A stretch of 63,367 nucleotides of DNA, counting the filler, from Collodictyon triciliatum (Eukaryota): NCBI GenBank assembly GCA_043381765.1. It is 7 parts of 7 records of this genome, joined end to end, with 100 filler letters (N's around TTAATTAATTAA, not from the genome) between each part and the next. Parts side by side here need not be neighbours in the genome. Positions count along the whole stretch, not along the records: positions 20,231 to 35,954 come from JBHJMP010002825.1; 6 more parts are not named here. One strand, written 5' to 3'. The notes beneath the pieces were generated by a model. It was not told the DNA's origin and made no database searches. It saw nothing but the letters and a program-made list of their open reading frames with translations. Both the position numbers and the translations under genes were made by a program. Positions 20,319 to 33,044 of this stretch are shown in pieces. Each line of letters begins with the position of its first letter. Position 1 is the first letter of the stretch.

Positions 20319-21834
20319 TCCGTTTGGCTCCTCTTTAGAGAAAAATATAAGAGCCTGATTCAGGAGGCAAAAAAGATGGGCCATGAAATGCTGGAGAAAG
20401 GTTTCTCACTTACTATTTGTTGGAATCATTTGATGTGCCTTTTTTTTTTCCTTAAATTTAAAACCTATCTGACCAAACGCACCGATTATTTTATAGAAGA
20501 AGAAGAGTACATTCGAGGAGTTTTGCTGAAAGTAAGCAATATACCAAAGGATACGAACCGCAAAATTATCAGGGTGATTGATTTAACCAAATGGTGATAT
20601 AATTTAAGCTTTTATTTTTGACATGTAAGAATATGCGTCCCTTTTCATTTCAAGGAAGATTTTATTTCATTTATATTGGTTAGCTGGATTATTATATTGC
20701 TTTCCTATTTTAATGTACAGCCTTTAAAATAGGACTTGTTTCAAAGCCTTGCATCAGTGGCTTACGTTGACATGAGTGGCGATGGAGAGTCTGTGAGTAA
20801 TGGAGCTGGAGGAGAAAAAAAAACATAAGGAAATAACGAAATCACATATGTGTCACCTCCTTTTTTTGTGATTTATTTATTTATCATTTGTAAAACAGTA
20901 AGAACCAAATATTATAAAAATTAAAACTTGAAATCAGAGCATCGTCCGCATGCACCAGCCCGAAGGAACCGAATACGTCCTGCAATACCACCAGAATACA
21001 CCGCTCAGTATCACAGGCACGCCTTTGGACGTTTCTCCGATTTTGGGTAAATTCATATCAGGGCATCAGTTCTTCTTTTCTACGGAATGGGCATCAAACA
21101 ATCAAATCGAAGAAAAGCGATCAATGGCAAAATAGAATAGAATAGAATAGAAAGCCGTGAATGGATCAATATTTGTTGTTATATATTCAGGAATGGAAGA
21201 AAAAAGCTACTGGCAGAATATCCGCTCTCTGCAGGATGCGAAGAAAGAAACCAAGAAAAAGAAGGAAAAGGCCAGCAAAGATGAGCAAAAAGGGAGCACA
21301 CAAACCCAAACACAGAACGCACCTAATACACACCCCAAGTCAAAGACAAGGTCAAATTCAAAGTCAAAGTCAAAATATGAAGGAATTGTGACAGTGAGGG
21401 AGGAAAACCCAGCAGAAGATGCGCAAGTATGTACCAGTCAAACAATTATGACTATCCTATACACATTTTCCCTCGTTTTCCCATCACCTATGCAAATGAA
21501 TCAATCTATCGATTGTGCTTGGCATGATTTCAGTATCACGCATTTACTTCATCTATCACCACCCATCAATACCGTGGAATCGCAGCCCAACGACGCTGCT
21601 CCGCCGAAGCGCAAAGTGGACCACGAGCCCGACACCTTTGTTGCAAAAAAACAAAAGAGCAAACCGAACACTCATATCAAATTTGCCGATAGTGATGATG
21701 AGAATGATGCAATGACTGCTCCACTTACAACCGAGAAGGCATCTACAAGTCTTGATTCACACACCGGACTTGTAAACACGCAAAGCACATCCATTTCATC
21801 CGATGCCCCAAACCACGGGGATGAGGACGAATAA
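20319..21834 (+). CDS. La / LARP7-family RNA-binding protein, C-terminal part (xRRM)
   Basis: Spliced YIRGVLLKVSNIPKDTNRKIIR|DLFQSLASVAYVDMSGDGES|SIVRMHQPEG...DVSPIL|GMEEKSYWQNI, followed by a Lys-rich tail and HIKFADSDDE. The 5' end (La motif) was not found. Confidence 0.78.
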
Positions 21835-21968
21835 AGCAGCAGTTTTTCCTCTCTTTTTTTTTTTTTCTCTATCTCTTTCTTTCAAATCTTTCTCAGCCAT
21901 CCTCTGAAGTACCATTTGCAGACAATAATACGTGTATTCTTTCTTGAACCGAGGTCTGTGCCCAAAGC

Positions 21969-22819
21969 CTATTTTTCCACTTCGCTTGCGAAGGCATCTT
22001 CAGACTGGGTTTGGCGACGATTGTGCAAAGAGTACTCAAGCACATGTGCAGATGCTGGTTCGATGCGTTTGTAGTAGGCTGCAATTGTCTCTCGAAGCTC
22101 GAAGCGATGCGTGCGGTAGAATGCAAGTGCGCGTTCGTTGGGTGTGTGGACGTGAAGGTAAACGCAGCTCAGGCTTGAATCGGCGGCGGCCTCTCGAAGA
22201 AGCCGAGTCAGCAGAAGAGTGCCTGGGCGAATGGTATTCAAGGTGTGATTGCAACCGTCGTTCGCAAAAAGGCGATATAGGTTTGGTGAGGCGTATGGTA
22301 TATGATTGCAGGGATGGAAGGTGTAAAAGACCGTAGCTTTTATCATTTACCTTGATAAGAAAATATCAAAATATTCGAAGTGATAATAATGAAGAAATAG
22401 AATGTCAAAAAAAAAAAGAAAAAAACAATAATAACCATATCGCATAAATATAAAAATAATGAAAATAAAAGAGAAAAGAAAGATATGATGGCATTAATAA
22501 TAGAGGGGAAAATAAAGGGAAATGAACTACGGAGAGTTTGGTGTCTCTAGAACCCACCATATCCCAAGCCCCGGAAAGGCGCCAGAACGCCGACCGTGTA
22601 TATGTATAGGCGGCCACTCGCCTCTGGAAAAACACCGGCTGTGATGCACCCGACAACGCAGCCCTCAATGCACCCGACAAGAGTCCAGACGCGTTTGTGT
22701 TCAAGAAGTCGCGAAAAGAACTTCTCTGTATAGCGGATCGGAAACACTGCGAGATGCAGAGAGCGGACTTGGTCCAGACTCGACGCTTCCAACGGCGCGA
22801 TCTCAAACGCTTGCGACAT
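21969..22819 (-). CDS. NAA50: GNAT N-terminal acetyltransferase, NAA50/San-like (2 exons)
   Basis: LHLAVFPIRY, RLYIYTVGVLAPFRGLGYG|TLLL, VYLHVHTPNERALAFY, YYKRIEPASAHVL; intron about 22223-22557. Confidence 0.88.
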
Positions 22820-23185
22820 GGCCTCTGAACAAACGCAGGCTGCAAGAACTTGTCTTTTCTATGAGTAGGTCCTCCCAACCAGCCACCCTGTTTGTTCGTC
22901 GTCTCGCGGATTTGTCCAAAGCTTTCTTCGCCTTGCCCTCCTTTGTCCTTTCCTTCTCGATCACAAATGAGTCAGACTGCAACGGCGAGTGTCACAGCGC
23001 TACACCTCTCGTTCCCTGTTTGGATTCGTTGGATGTGCTATCGGAGAATCGCATAATTGCCAGCGACTTAAAAAAATGGGGGTACACGAGGCTGCCACAA
23101 CCACACAACAAATATCTCGGTAGACTCAGGCAAATGTGAATTGGTGTTTTTCTTGGTAATCAACTTCACATGCGTCACAATCCCT

Positions 23186-23862
23186 TTGAGTGAGTGATTG
23201 AGTGAGTGAGTGATTGAGTGAGTGAGTGAGTGAGTGAGTGAGTGAGTGAGTGAGTGAGTGAGTGAGTGAGTGAGTGAGTGAGTGAGTGAGTGAGTGAGTG
23301 AGTGAGTGAGTGANNNNNNNNNNNNNNNNNNNNNNNNNNNNNNNNNNNNNNNNNNNNNNNNNNNNNNNNNNNNNNNNNNNNNNNNNNNNNNNNNNNNNNN
23401 NNNNNNNNNNNNNNNNNNNNNNNNNNNNNNNNNNNNNNNNNNNNNNNNNNNNNNNNNNNNNNNNNNNNNNNNNNNNNNNNNNNNNNNNNNNNNNNNNNNN
23501 NNNNNNNNNNNNNNNNNNNNNNNNNNNNNNNNNNNNNNNNNNNNNNNNNNNNNNNNNNNNNNNNNNNNNNNNNNNNNNNNNNNNNNNNNNNNNNNNNNNN
23601 NNNNNNNNNNNNNNNNNNNNNNNNNNNNNNNNNNNNNNNNNNNNNNNNNNNNNNNNNNNNNNNNNNNNNNNNNNNNNNNNNGTGAGTGAGTGAGTGAGTG
23701 AGTGAGTGAGTGAGTGAGTGAGTGAGTGAGTGAGTGAGTGAGTGAGTCAGTGAGAGAGAGAGAGTGAGTGAGTGAGTGAGTGAGTGAGTGAGTGAGTGAG
23801 TGAGTGAGTGAGTGAGTGAGTGAGTGAGTGAGTGAGTGAGTGAGACAGTGAGTGAGTGAGAG
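23186..23862. repeat. (TGAG)n microsatellite containing an internal N gap
   Basis: Direct reading; N run 23314-23681. Confidence 0.97.
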
Positions 23863-23902
23863 CGAGAGGGAATGAATGAGGTGGGTGATGAGGTGAGAAA
23901 TA

Positions 23903-26900
23903 TCAAAGTCCAGGTGTGCCTAGCAGATAACCAGCCAAGTATCGAATCATATCACGCAAGGTTCCGCACACAACCCCTTGCGCGTTGTCGCAGCGAGGCA
24001 ACACGATAGCTGCAAGATAATCGTCGATGGAGTAGAGATGGCGAACCGCACGCTCGGGAGTGGACAGAGCAGGCCACGCAACAATCAGGACCGAGCAGCG
24101 CAGAAGTGCATAGCTCCGCAGAAGATGGTTTTCGGCTCTATCGCGGACCCGGAGAGCGCGCCACCCAGAGCCGAGCGGATCAAAACCAGCCTCAGAAGGC
24201 AGCGAACCCGAGGCTCGAGTTGCCAGTGTGGCCAAGGTGGAAAGCGAGTACTGCACACGCTCCATAAACGCCACGTAAAGCGCACGCGAGATGCCCGAGT
24301 TGAGAGTCACCTGCGCAAACATAATCGGCTGCGACAACTCCGCAAGATTCTTGACAAGCTCCCAGCCCTCCTTCCAGAGCTCGGCTTCCTTGGGGTTAGA
24401 GCGGACAAGTGCAAACGAGGCACTCGCAGGAGCCGGGTACGCTTTGGTTAGCAGATCCGACACCCTGCTTTTGTAGACGGTGGCCACGTCGCTCTCGCCC
24501 GCGTGATCTGCTGCGATCTGCTCGGGTTTGCCTTTGCCCTTGCCGCTGCCCTGGCGTCTGTGATAGTTGAACGCGAGATGGTCTGGCCGGACGAAGGTGG
24601 CCAGCATAGCATAGGTTCCGTTACGGATGGACACCATTGCCTGGCGTTCAGAGACTGCGGCGAATGGGATGACGACGGCTTTTGGATCTGCGCGGATCAG
24701 GCGATGCACGAGGCGGTGGTTGACAGCCACTTCGACCGTTCCATCGCTGTGTCGGTAGAGTCCAACCACGTCGTTGCGCATAATGGATTGTGCAATCGGC
24801 AGGCACCGGTGTTGCCCATCGACAGACGGCCCGCAAATCAGGATGGAACCGCACGTGGGTTCTGACGGACGACGGGCAGATTCCAAAGCGCTGAACAGAG
24901 CTTGGTCAAAGACTTCAAACTTCTCCAAGTCCTTTGGTGTCGTTGTGGTCGCAGGTCTTTGGAGATACTGCGATATCAGGCTCTTTTGCTGCATGGCTGT
25001 GTCAATCAGACTGGCGTTCATCACACCAACCAGGATTCGCGGATTAGGTGCGCACTCCCCGATAACAAACTCAATGATGCATCCGTCTCTCAGGCTCTGG
25101 CTGCTTGCAAGAACGACCCATTCATCCTCTCCTGTGACTGATATGGACGCACTGGCGTTCCGGTCATTGATTACAACCGATCTGCTTGCGGAAGCGCTGC
25201 CCAGTGCCCGAAGCACACGAAGGCTCGGTGGAGAATGGGCTATGTGATGGATTACATGCATGAATGTGATTGTGTTGTCTTTATTTATTTATTTTGTCTA
25301 AAAAGAGCATGAAATATCGAACAGAGAATGAAGAGGATGATTCTCAAAATGAGAATGAGAAGTAGAAGGGCGCAAGGAATGAACATATGAATCAGATTTA
25401 TCTACCAGCGGCGATGTATTCAAACGACGATTCTTGAGGCACCTATTTTTTTTTTTTAAAAAAAAATTAGGGTGGTTTTCTGGTTACCAGTACGCTTCGT
25501 GAATGTATACTTCTGCTATTCACTTACAAAAATAGTCTGCGTATATGTTGGCTGTGCTGCTTCAGGCTTCATAGGGATACGCATCACTGCCCCATGTGGA
25601 AGAGGCGGAGGCGGCGGTGGTGGTGGTGGTGGAGGAGGAGGATGAGATGAAGGCGGGGACGGAGACGCAGGTGAAACGTCATAAGCAACGTCGGCGAAGT
25701 TATCGAAGCCATCGGATGCGCCTGACCAATCATCGGAGTCGGCCTCAGCTCTTTTGAACTTGAGCGCTGACCCGAGTGCCAGAGATGAGAGCATATCCGA
25801 CTGCATCCTGGGAGGCGACGAAGCTGCAGGGCCCCCGAAAGGTGGCGACGAAGGTGGAGGTGGAGCTGCTAACCCTCCAGAAGGCGGTGGCGGTGGTGAA
25901 ACAGATGATGATTTGTGAGGAGACAGGGCTGCAAAAGGATCAGGATGAATCACAGGAGGTGGCGAAGAAGGAGCAGATGATTTGTGGGGGGCTGCTTGGG
26001 AGAGTCTTGCTGGTGATGGAAGCGGCAGAGGCGATTGCGCCGGTGCTGCGGATTCGGAAAACATCGGCTTTGGTAGAGGCATCAATTGTGACGCCCCTGC
26101 ACTGCTTCCGATAACACCCAAGTTAGAGCCGAGGTCTTCAAAGGTGCTCTCGCTTTCAAGCGCCTCTTCTTTCTTTTTCTTCTTGGTTTTCTTCTTGTAT
26201 GAATAAGCTTCGGACGCTGCCTCCATCTTCAGAGTATATGTGGCATCATAGGACTCTTTCTCCACTCTGGATGGTGCTTTCCCGGCAGAAGACACTATCG
26301 AAGTGGGCAAAGGATGGTCGCCCCATGAATCATGTGTCTCCATCTGGTATTTTCCGGAGATTGGTAGCAGCGCAGCGGGAGATGATGAAATAGACGATGA
26401 TTGTGGACGAGTGCCAGGAAGGCTTTGCTGGGGCGATGTACTCGAAGGTGCGTTGAGGGTTCCTCCGACACTAGGAGGTGGTGGGCGAATATTGGCCATC
26501 TCTTGTTCCTGGCTCTCGCTTCGGCGCAATCGTTGGGATATCGGAGATGATGCAGGAGCTGGCCTATAGTCGATGATAACGTGTAACAGTTTGAATAAAT
26601 ACAAATCGAAATAGTGGGGGGAATCAAGGGGAAATAGATACAATAATCCAAAAGTAGGGTGAAGGTTTTAGATGCTGATGTCCAATTAATATATTGTATT
26701 CGGCTATATGGTTGTATTCATTTAGATGGGTATATCCGAAAATACTGCTTTTGAGTATGTTTTGATATTCGTTTACCGTGATGATGAGGAAAAGAAGGAT
26801 GGTGGTTTCCATGAACTTTTCTTCGCCTTTTTTCTGAAATTCTGTGCTGTATCACTTAACATATCTGCTTGCATTTCCAACGCATCCAGCATTTCAGATC

Positions 26901-29900
26901 GATCTAGAACTTTTTCTACATTCTCCTCTGTTGAAGAAGACGAAGAATCGATTCAGATTTTTGCATAAGGATATGCCACTAGAGATCACTAAATATGCCA
27001 AACACAGAGGAGGTAAATCATGAATGCTGTTTGTTATCTTTTAAAAGAAAATCGTACTCATGATGCTTTTTACATCCTCGATATCACTTTGCAGGGAGCT
27101 GAATGTGAGTATAAGGGTAAAAATAAAATAATGAAGTGAAGTGAAATGAAGTGATATGAATCAAATGATATATGCAGTTAAATTATTTTTGATTATCATC
27201 AATACAGTCACATGGGAGTAGAATGTTCGACTTTCATTTGAGAATTATGTGTTTTGGGAGATGGGATTGAAAAGCATCAGAAGTAACGGTAAAAAAAATA
27301 AATAGCGAACCTAATACTTTCCTCCTTAAGCAATCCTTCATGCTGCTTGCGCTCCGGCAATACGACTTTCTGCTCAACTTCTTCCATGATATCATCTTCG
27401 TCTTGCAAACGAAGATACTCACTTTGAGATTGTAGCCGGCTTGATATCACTATATCCTCTAAGGGCTCCATATAATCATACATCGGCTCTGTTTGATTTG
27501 AAAAATTGATTTTTTTACCACCTTTATTTGCGGTTTGGAAAACTGATAAATATATAAATTTAAAATTCACGGCCCACAGCGCACAAGAAAACAACTTATA
27601 AGATTGTATTATATGATATAGGTAATGTTGTGCACTTTTCTGCGTGTTTGGATAAAACTTTTTTTTTCCTTGTGTATCGCATCGTAAAGTCATGACCTTG
27701 CATAGATGACTAAAGTTTACTTACTTGTGGATGGAAGTCTTGTTATTGGAAGCCTCTTGTACTTGAAAAAATCCAAAGAGTCTTTCGAGAATTTTTCTGC
27801 GGTAGCAATCAGCTCGCTTTCACACACACGGAGCCTTTCATCATCTTTTTTAGAACCTTAAAGGAAAAAAACCAATAATGGTGTATTTTAGCAGCTAAAT
27901 AAATGCATACCTCTCTCAACTCGATAGTAGGGATTTCCGGAGGAAATTATGAAAGCATGATATCAAGGAACTGCTCATGATCAGTTGAGACATACTTGCT
28001 TCAGCAGAGAGCTCTTCCATCTTCTCGTCATCCGAAAATTGTTGAACAAGGTTATGAGCCTCTTCCTGAATTATCGAGTTCCAGCTAAAGGGCGGGTAGC
28101 TAGATATCTGCAAGACATCGTCTAATGTCATGGTTTCCATACACATACAAAAAAAAATTAATTAATCCATGCGATGCACCAAAACATCAAGAACAGGGGT
28201 CATCTTGAATGAATTCGATGTATTACATATTTCCATGATTTTCTTGTTTTGATTTTCAATTGCAGTGATAAAATGTGCATGAAGCTAGTACCGTGGAAAT
28301 GTGCTGAAGCTATGTGCTTCATTTTATCCAGAAAAAGAGTGGATAGTTTCGGCTCGTATTCCTTCCCTGAATCACACATAAGAGTTGTATATTGAAGTTT
28401 GTTTTTTTATAAAAAAAAAATTCATATTAAAAGAATACAAATTCGTGCGTTAGTCTAATCACAATAGAGCTCATATAGAATAAATAACAATTCAAACAAC
28501 AAAGCAAGTAAGAGATAGTTTGGATGCAAGAAGGAGAAAAAAAAGACAGAAATACCTGTAGCAACAAAGAACATGCAAAAGTCATCGTTACTCTGGAAGA
28601 GCTTTCCCCATGGATGGAACTCACTTTCACATGCAAATTTGGCCTTATTTGAAGTTGTCCCAACAAAACTTCGGGCATCATATTCTACTTGCTTCACATC
28701 GTAACAATAAGGATTACGATAGCCAAACAGTTGTGCCTAAATAGATATTCATTACACGCCATGTCACAATTTCTGTCTGTTAACTCTGCGATGAAAGATT
28801 GGATCATCTCCGTACAATATAATGCAAGTATTTTTTTAAAAAAGAAAAAAGGTATATGTTAAAATTGTACTCTGTCGTTACTGCGGAATATACCCGTCCA
28901 TTTGATACGATCGATTTTCACTGTAACGCCAGGTTCGAGCTCGATCTTTTGTTCATTAATGTGTGGAAAAGAATATAAAATTAAAAAGTAAACGTTTAAA
29001 TCTAGGACCATACTGCAGTATGAGTGTTGTTTTCAATGATGCACTAAGACGAAAAATCCATCTCCCAAGGATTTTTTTCACTGTAAATTGAGACTTTTTT
29101 TTTTTAAAAAAAATGGTAGTCAAAAAGCAAACCTCGGTTGCTATGTCGATGGGTTTGAAAGCTACATTCAGAGCGAATATGGAGAAAGTCAATAATGCAA
29201 TCAGATCGAAAATAAGGAAGAGTATCACAATCGCTCTGGACAGCTCACTAAATGGTGGCATTATTGAATCCTTAGGAATTAAAATTGTAGTTGGAGGTGA
29301 TTTATTTACACATTTAGACAACAATTAATGAATAAAAGGGAATACATTTAAGTATACCTGTAATCACCAAAATGAGAGGACTCACTCGAGATGTAATAAA
29401 TACAACCAACTAAATCACCAACAACAAATCCACTGAAAGCAGTGATATATGCTTTGGCATAATGGACATGGCCAAGAATATCAATCTTTCATTCATAAAG
29501 TTAGCATGGAAGAATCACACAGAGCAAAGAATTGTTTTGAGTAGACTTGTATCAGGAAAAAAAAGTATGCATTTTTTATTTATGAAAGAGAGAGAAATAA
29601 CGGCATAAAAGATCTATCAGAAAAAAGTTGTCTTACTGGGTCTCCCTTTTTGTTCTCGATAATCATATTGCGTCGGATCTGATTTTATAAAATACATAAA
29701 AGAAGGAAGGTGATATGATTATCCTTGCTAACTTTTTTCCTTCAAAACTAAAATGATAACACAATTCGAAGTGAATCCTAAATGACACCATAGTTAAATT
29801 TTAAAATGCTGTTTGTTTTTTGTTTTTTGTTTTTTTTTTCCATCATTCACCACGGGGAAAAAATGGTCAAGGACGGCACCAACCTGCTCAATCAAATCGA

Positions 29901-32710
29901 TACCGTGGATGACTACTTTCTTTTTCAGCATCACAGAGTAGAATATGACCAGATAGAAAATATTCACGAGACAATAGCCAATTGTCACACCAAGCGATAG
30001 GATAAGTTGCTGATTCAGACTCACATATAAGAGTGTCCTTTTTCGAGAATGGAAAGAAAAAATGATACAATTATACCGAAAGACGGCCAAAAAGCAATAA
30101 AAGTGACATTATAATAAGGTTCAAAAGGATTTTCCTGAATATCTTGGCTGTATTACATTAAATATCGTGTCTTAATTACCAAATACTGTATGCAACAAAT
30201 CCTTGCAAAGTAGTCAGCAGTACAAAACATGCCAAAGCAAAGTGTCTGCTTTCTTCCTTTTGAGCTGTTTGAACCACCTTTTTGAGGAGATTCTCCTAAA
30301 AAAAAAAACCAAAAATCGGGCCTTCATCTTGATGCTTGTTCGTCAAATACCCTGATTTCTTCAACTTCATGCTATTACTTCAAGTATATTAGCTATAAAA
30401 AAAAAGTAACCAAAAACCTTTTTCAGTACGATAGGACGAGTTGGTGTTAAGACAAGAAATGGCCCAAGGGATGTTGTCACAGCCCCAAAAACAAGACTGG
30501 CCTTCATTAATGCCTCCAGTTCATCCTGGGTAATAAACAAACAGAAACGTTGATGAGGAATGAATAAACAACCTGACAGATTTACATGTAAACAGCGTAC
30601 CGAGGCAGTGAAGTTGACCAGCACAGACACAATGTTGTATGCAAGAAACCAAGCAGAAAACAGGAACGTGGATGCCAGGCCTTTTCTCAGCAAAGCCAAC
30701 ACGCAGAGAAGATAATATACATATTGAGTTAGAAAGTTATGGCCATACTGAATAGTTGAGTTATCTTCTATTTTCTATTTCGTTTCATTCGTTTCATTCG
30801 TTTCATTCGTTTCATTCGTTTCATTTGTTTCATTTGTTTCATTTGTTTCATTTGTTTCATTCGTTTCATTCGTTTCATTCGTTTCATTCGTTTCATTCGT
30901 TATATTTTATGTTTTTAGTTTATGTTTTTAGTTTATGTTTTTAGTTTTTTTATTCTATGTTTGATGCTTTTTTATTTTTTTATGTTTGTTTATCTTATGT
31001 TTTATTTATATGTTTTTTTATTTTATGTTTTTTTTATTTTATGTTTTTTTTTATTTTATGTTTTTTTTATTTTATGTTTTTTTTATTTTATGTTTTTTTA
31101 TTTTATGTTTTTTGTTTCTGGAAGGGACTTGATGGACATGATCAAGTCCTTCGATGACATGCGGCGGGTGGAGGGGATTTAAGCCCTTCAAAGAAAAAAC
31201 CATGGCAACGTAATGAGGTATAGAAATGAGAGTGACCTTTGGGGTATGTTTTCGAGAGCTCGAAAAGCGTATTTATATATTTCATGGCCGAAGACGCGGT
31301 GGCTGCCACACCGACGAGAGCAGACGTCACCGCAAGATTGGCACGCATCAGAGTCTCGGTGTCCATGGCAATGACAAGAGATCAGGCTTCGATCCGCCTC
31401 TGTTCAGCCTACAAACTAGAGGAAAGGAAGGAGTTTATCAATGCAGAGATTCGGAGCCTGCGAGCACCTTGCCTACTTCCTGGCGGTGACACGTGGTTTT
31501 TGTGATTTGGGTCGAGTTGGAAAACGCAGCAGAGTAGTGATAAAATTAGCTGCTTGACATCTAGAGGCAACACGCAGTGGAAAAGGAAAAAAAGAAAAAA
31601 AAAGTCTCCAATTGCGCGATGATATCCCATCGGGGAGTGGCCTCATATTCATGGATGAGACTAGACGGAGTATACCAATCGAAAGATTGGAAAACCGGGT
31701 CCGCTGGTATCCAAGGCCTCAGCACTTTTTTCACAGAGGTCGGGTAGTGGTGAAGCACATGGAATGGTTGATGTGCAGTTTGTCAGTCAAGAGGACTTTG
31801 CTGGTGATTTCACATAGAAAGTCGGGCTTGGCCGTACCCACCAAAGTACGTGGAAAGTCTAGATTGTCTGGTGTCCTTTGTTTGTTTGTTAGTTTGTTTG
31901 CTTGGTGTTGTTTTCTCTCAAAGCGGGGAATCTATGTAGAACATCGTTTGAAAAATCATTATTCGGCATATTCCTTCCAGTAATCCATCATTTTGTCATT
32001 ATATACAAGAAACAAAGTATTACGTTTGTTTTATGGAAAGTTTGCTCCTCTTTAAAAGTCCTTCAGAAAAACAATGAATAAATGTATGTTATTCCTTTTA
32101 CTGCATAGTACGCTCCCAAAAAAATAACAAAAATTACATAATACCAGTCACAACCTACTACTATTGCGCCCAGCTATGAAAACACCAAGTGATATACATT
32201 CTGATGATGTTTCACTTCGACAAAGAAAAATAAACCCTTGAGAGTAGCATTTTCCGAAAAAAAAAAAAAAACAGAAAAACAGAAGAAACAGAAAAAATGC
32301 TCATTCAAGGATGAAAAATAGCGCAATGAAATACGATAATTATTCCATAAACTCATTAAAGAAAATAGTATTTGTACCGAAAAAAAGAGAAAAATAAAAT
32401 GAATGATATTATATTTATTTAACAGAATTCTGAAAATTGTTATTTTCAGGCATCAAACTATTTGGAGGCCAGCACCACTTTTTAACTCGAATTCATTTAT
32501 TTTGAAAATAAGTTTGTGATATTTTTATAGACTGAATTTCATTTATCTTCCTATGAGCTATGTCCAGTTGCTAGGCTTCATCAACTATCAGAATAGTTGT
32601 GGAGGTGAATTCACTCACCAGTTAACAAGGGTAAATTGATGGGCTTGGAAGAGCTCAGCTTATCGCCAACGATTCCATCCCGCCAGGAACAATAATGCCG
32701 AAGGCCTTGC
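23903..32710 (-). CDS. Large multi-exon membrane protein: (DCD-like?) - several TM segments - R-SNARE motif - Ser/Pro-rich linker - NHR/SPRY-like domain
   Basis: Chain of minus-strand GT-AG exons. Hydrophobic exons at 29.1-30.75 kb; SNARE exons 27098-27058 and 26927-26777; Pro-rich exon about 26566-25527; last exon about 25240-23903 with VVLASSQSL..IEFVI..ILVGV..NDVVGLYRHSDGTVEVAVN..VIPFAAV. Linkage of the 32-kb exons is uncertain. Confidence 0.65.
31200..31560 (+). mobile_element. Degenerate LINE APE-endonuclease fragment
   Basis: SIRLCSAYKLEERKEFINAEIRSLRAPCLLPGGD resembles the APE pattern 'xxNVYAP..ER..F...ILGGDFN'; interrupted by stops. Confidence 0.5.
31610..31875 (-). mobile_element. 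Degenerate LINE ORF2 post-RT fragment
   Basis: SRLSTYFGGYG resembles the 'P..xGGLG' motif downstream of L1/Tx1 RT; frameshifted. Confidence 0.4.
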
Positions 32711-33044
32711 CTATGCCATGCTTTTATTTTAAAGATAATAATTATAAACTGATAAATGCACTAAAAAAAATTATATGAGGTATAAATGACGGATAAGAAA
32801 TCCTTCTTCGTGCTGATATACTATTTAAGCTGATCATTTCCAATCTTTGCTCCTTTTAACCATAATATCGGCATAGGGTCCAAAGAAATTTGAATTGTAA
32901 CATATTCTCGCGTGTGTTTATTTAAAAACTACTTTGATTTAATTGGCACCTCTAACCTGGCCCTCTTCACATTCCCTCATCTAAATATTCATTTGAATGT
33001 GTCTAGTGTTCATATAAATACAATATTCTCGTATTCATATTATT

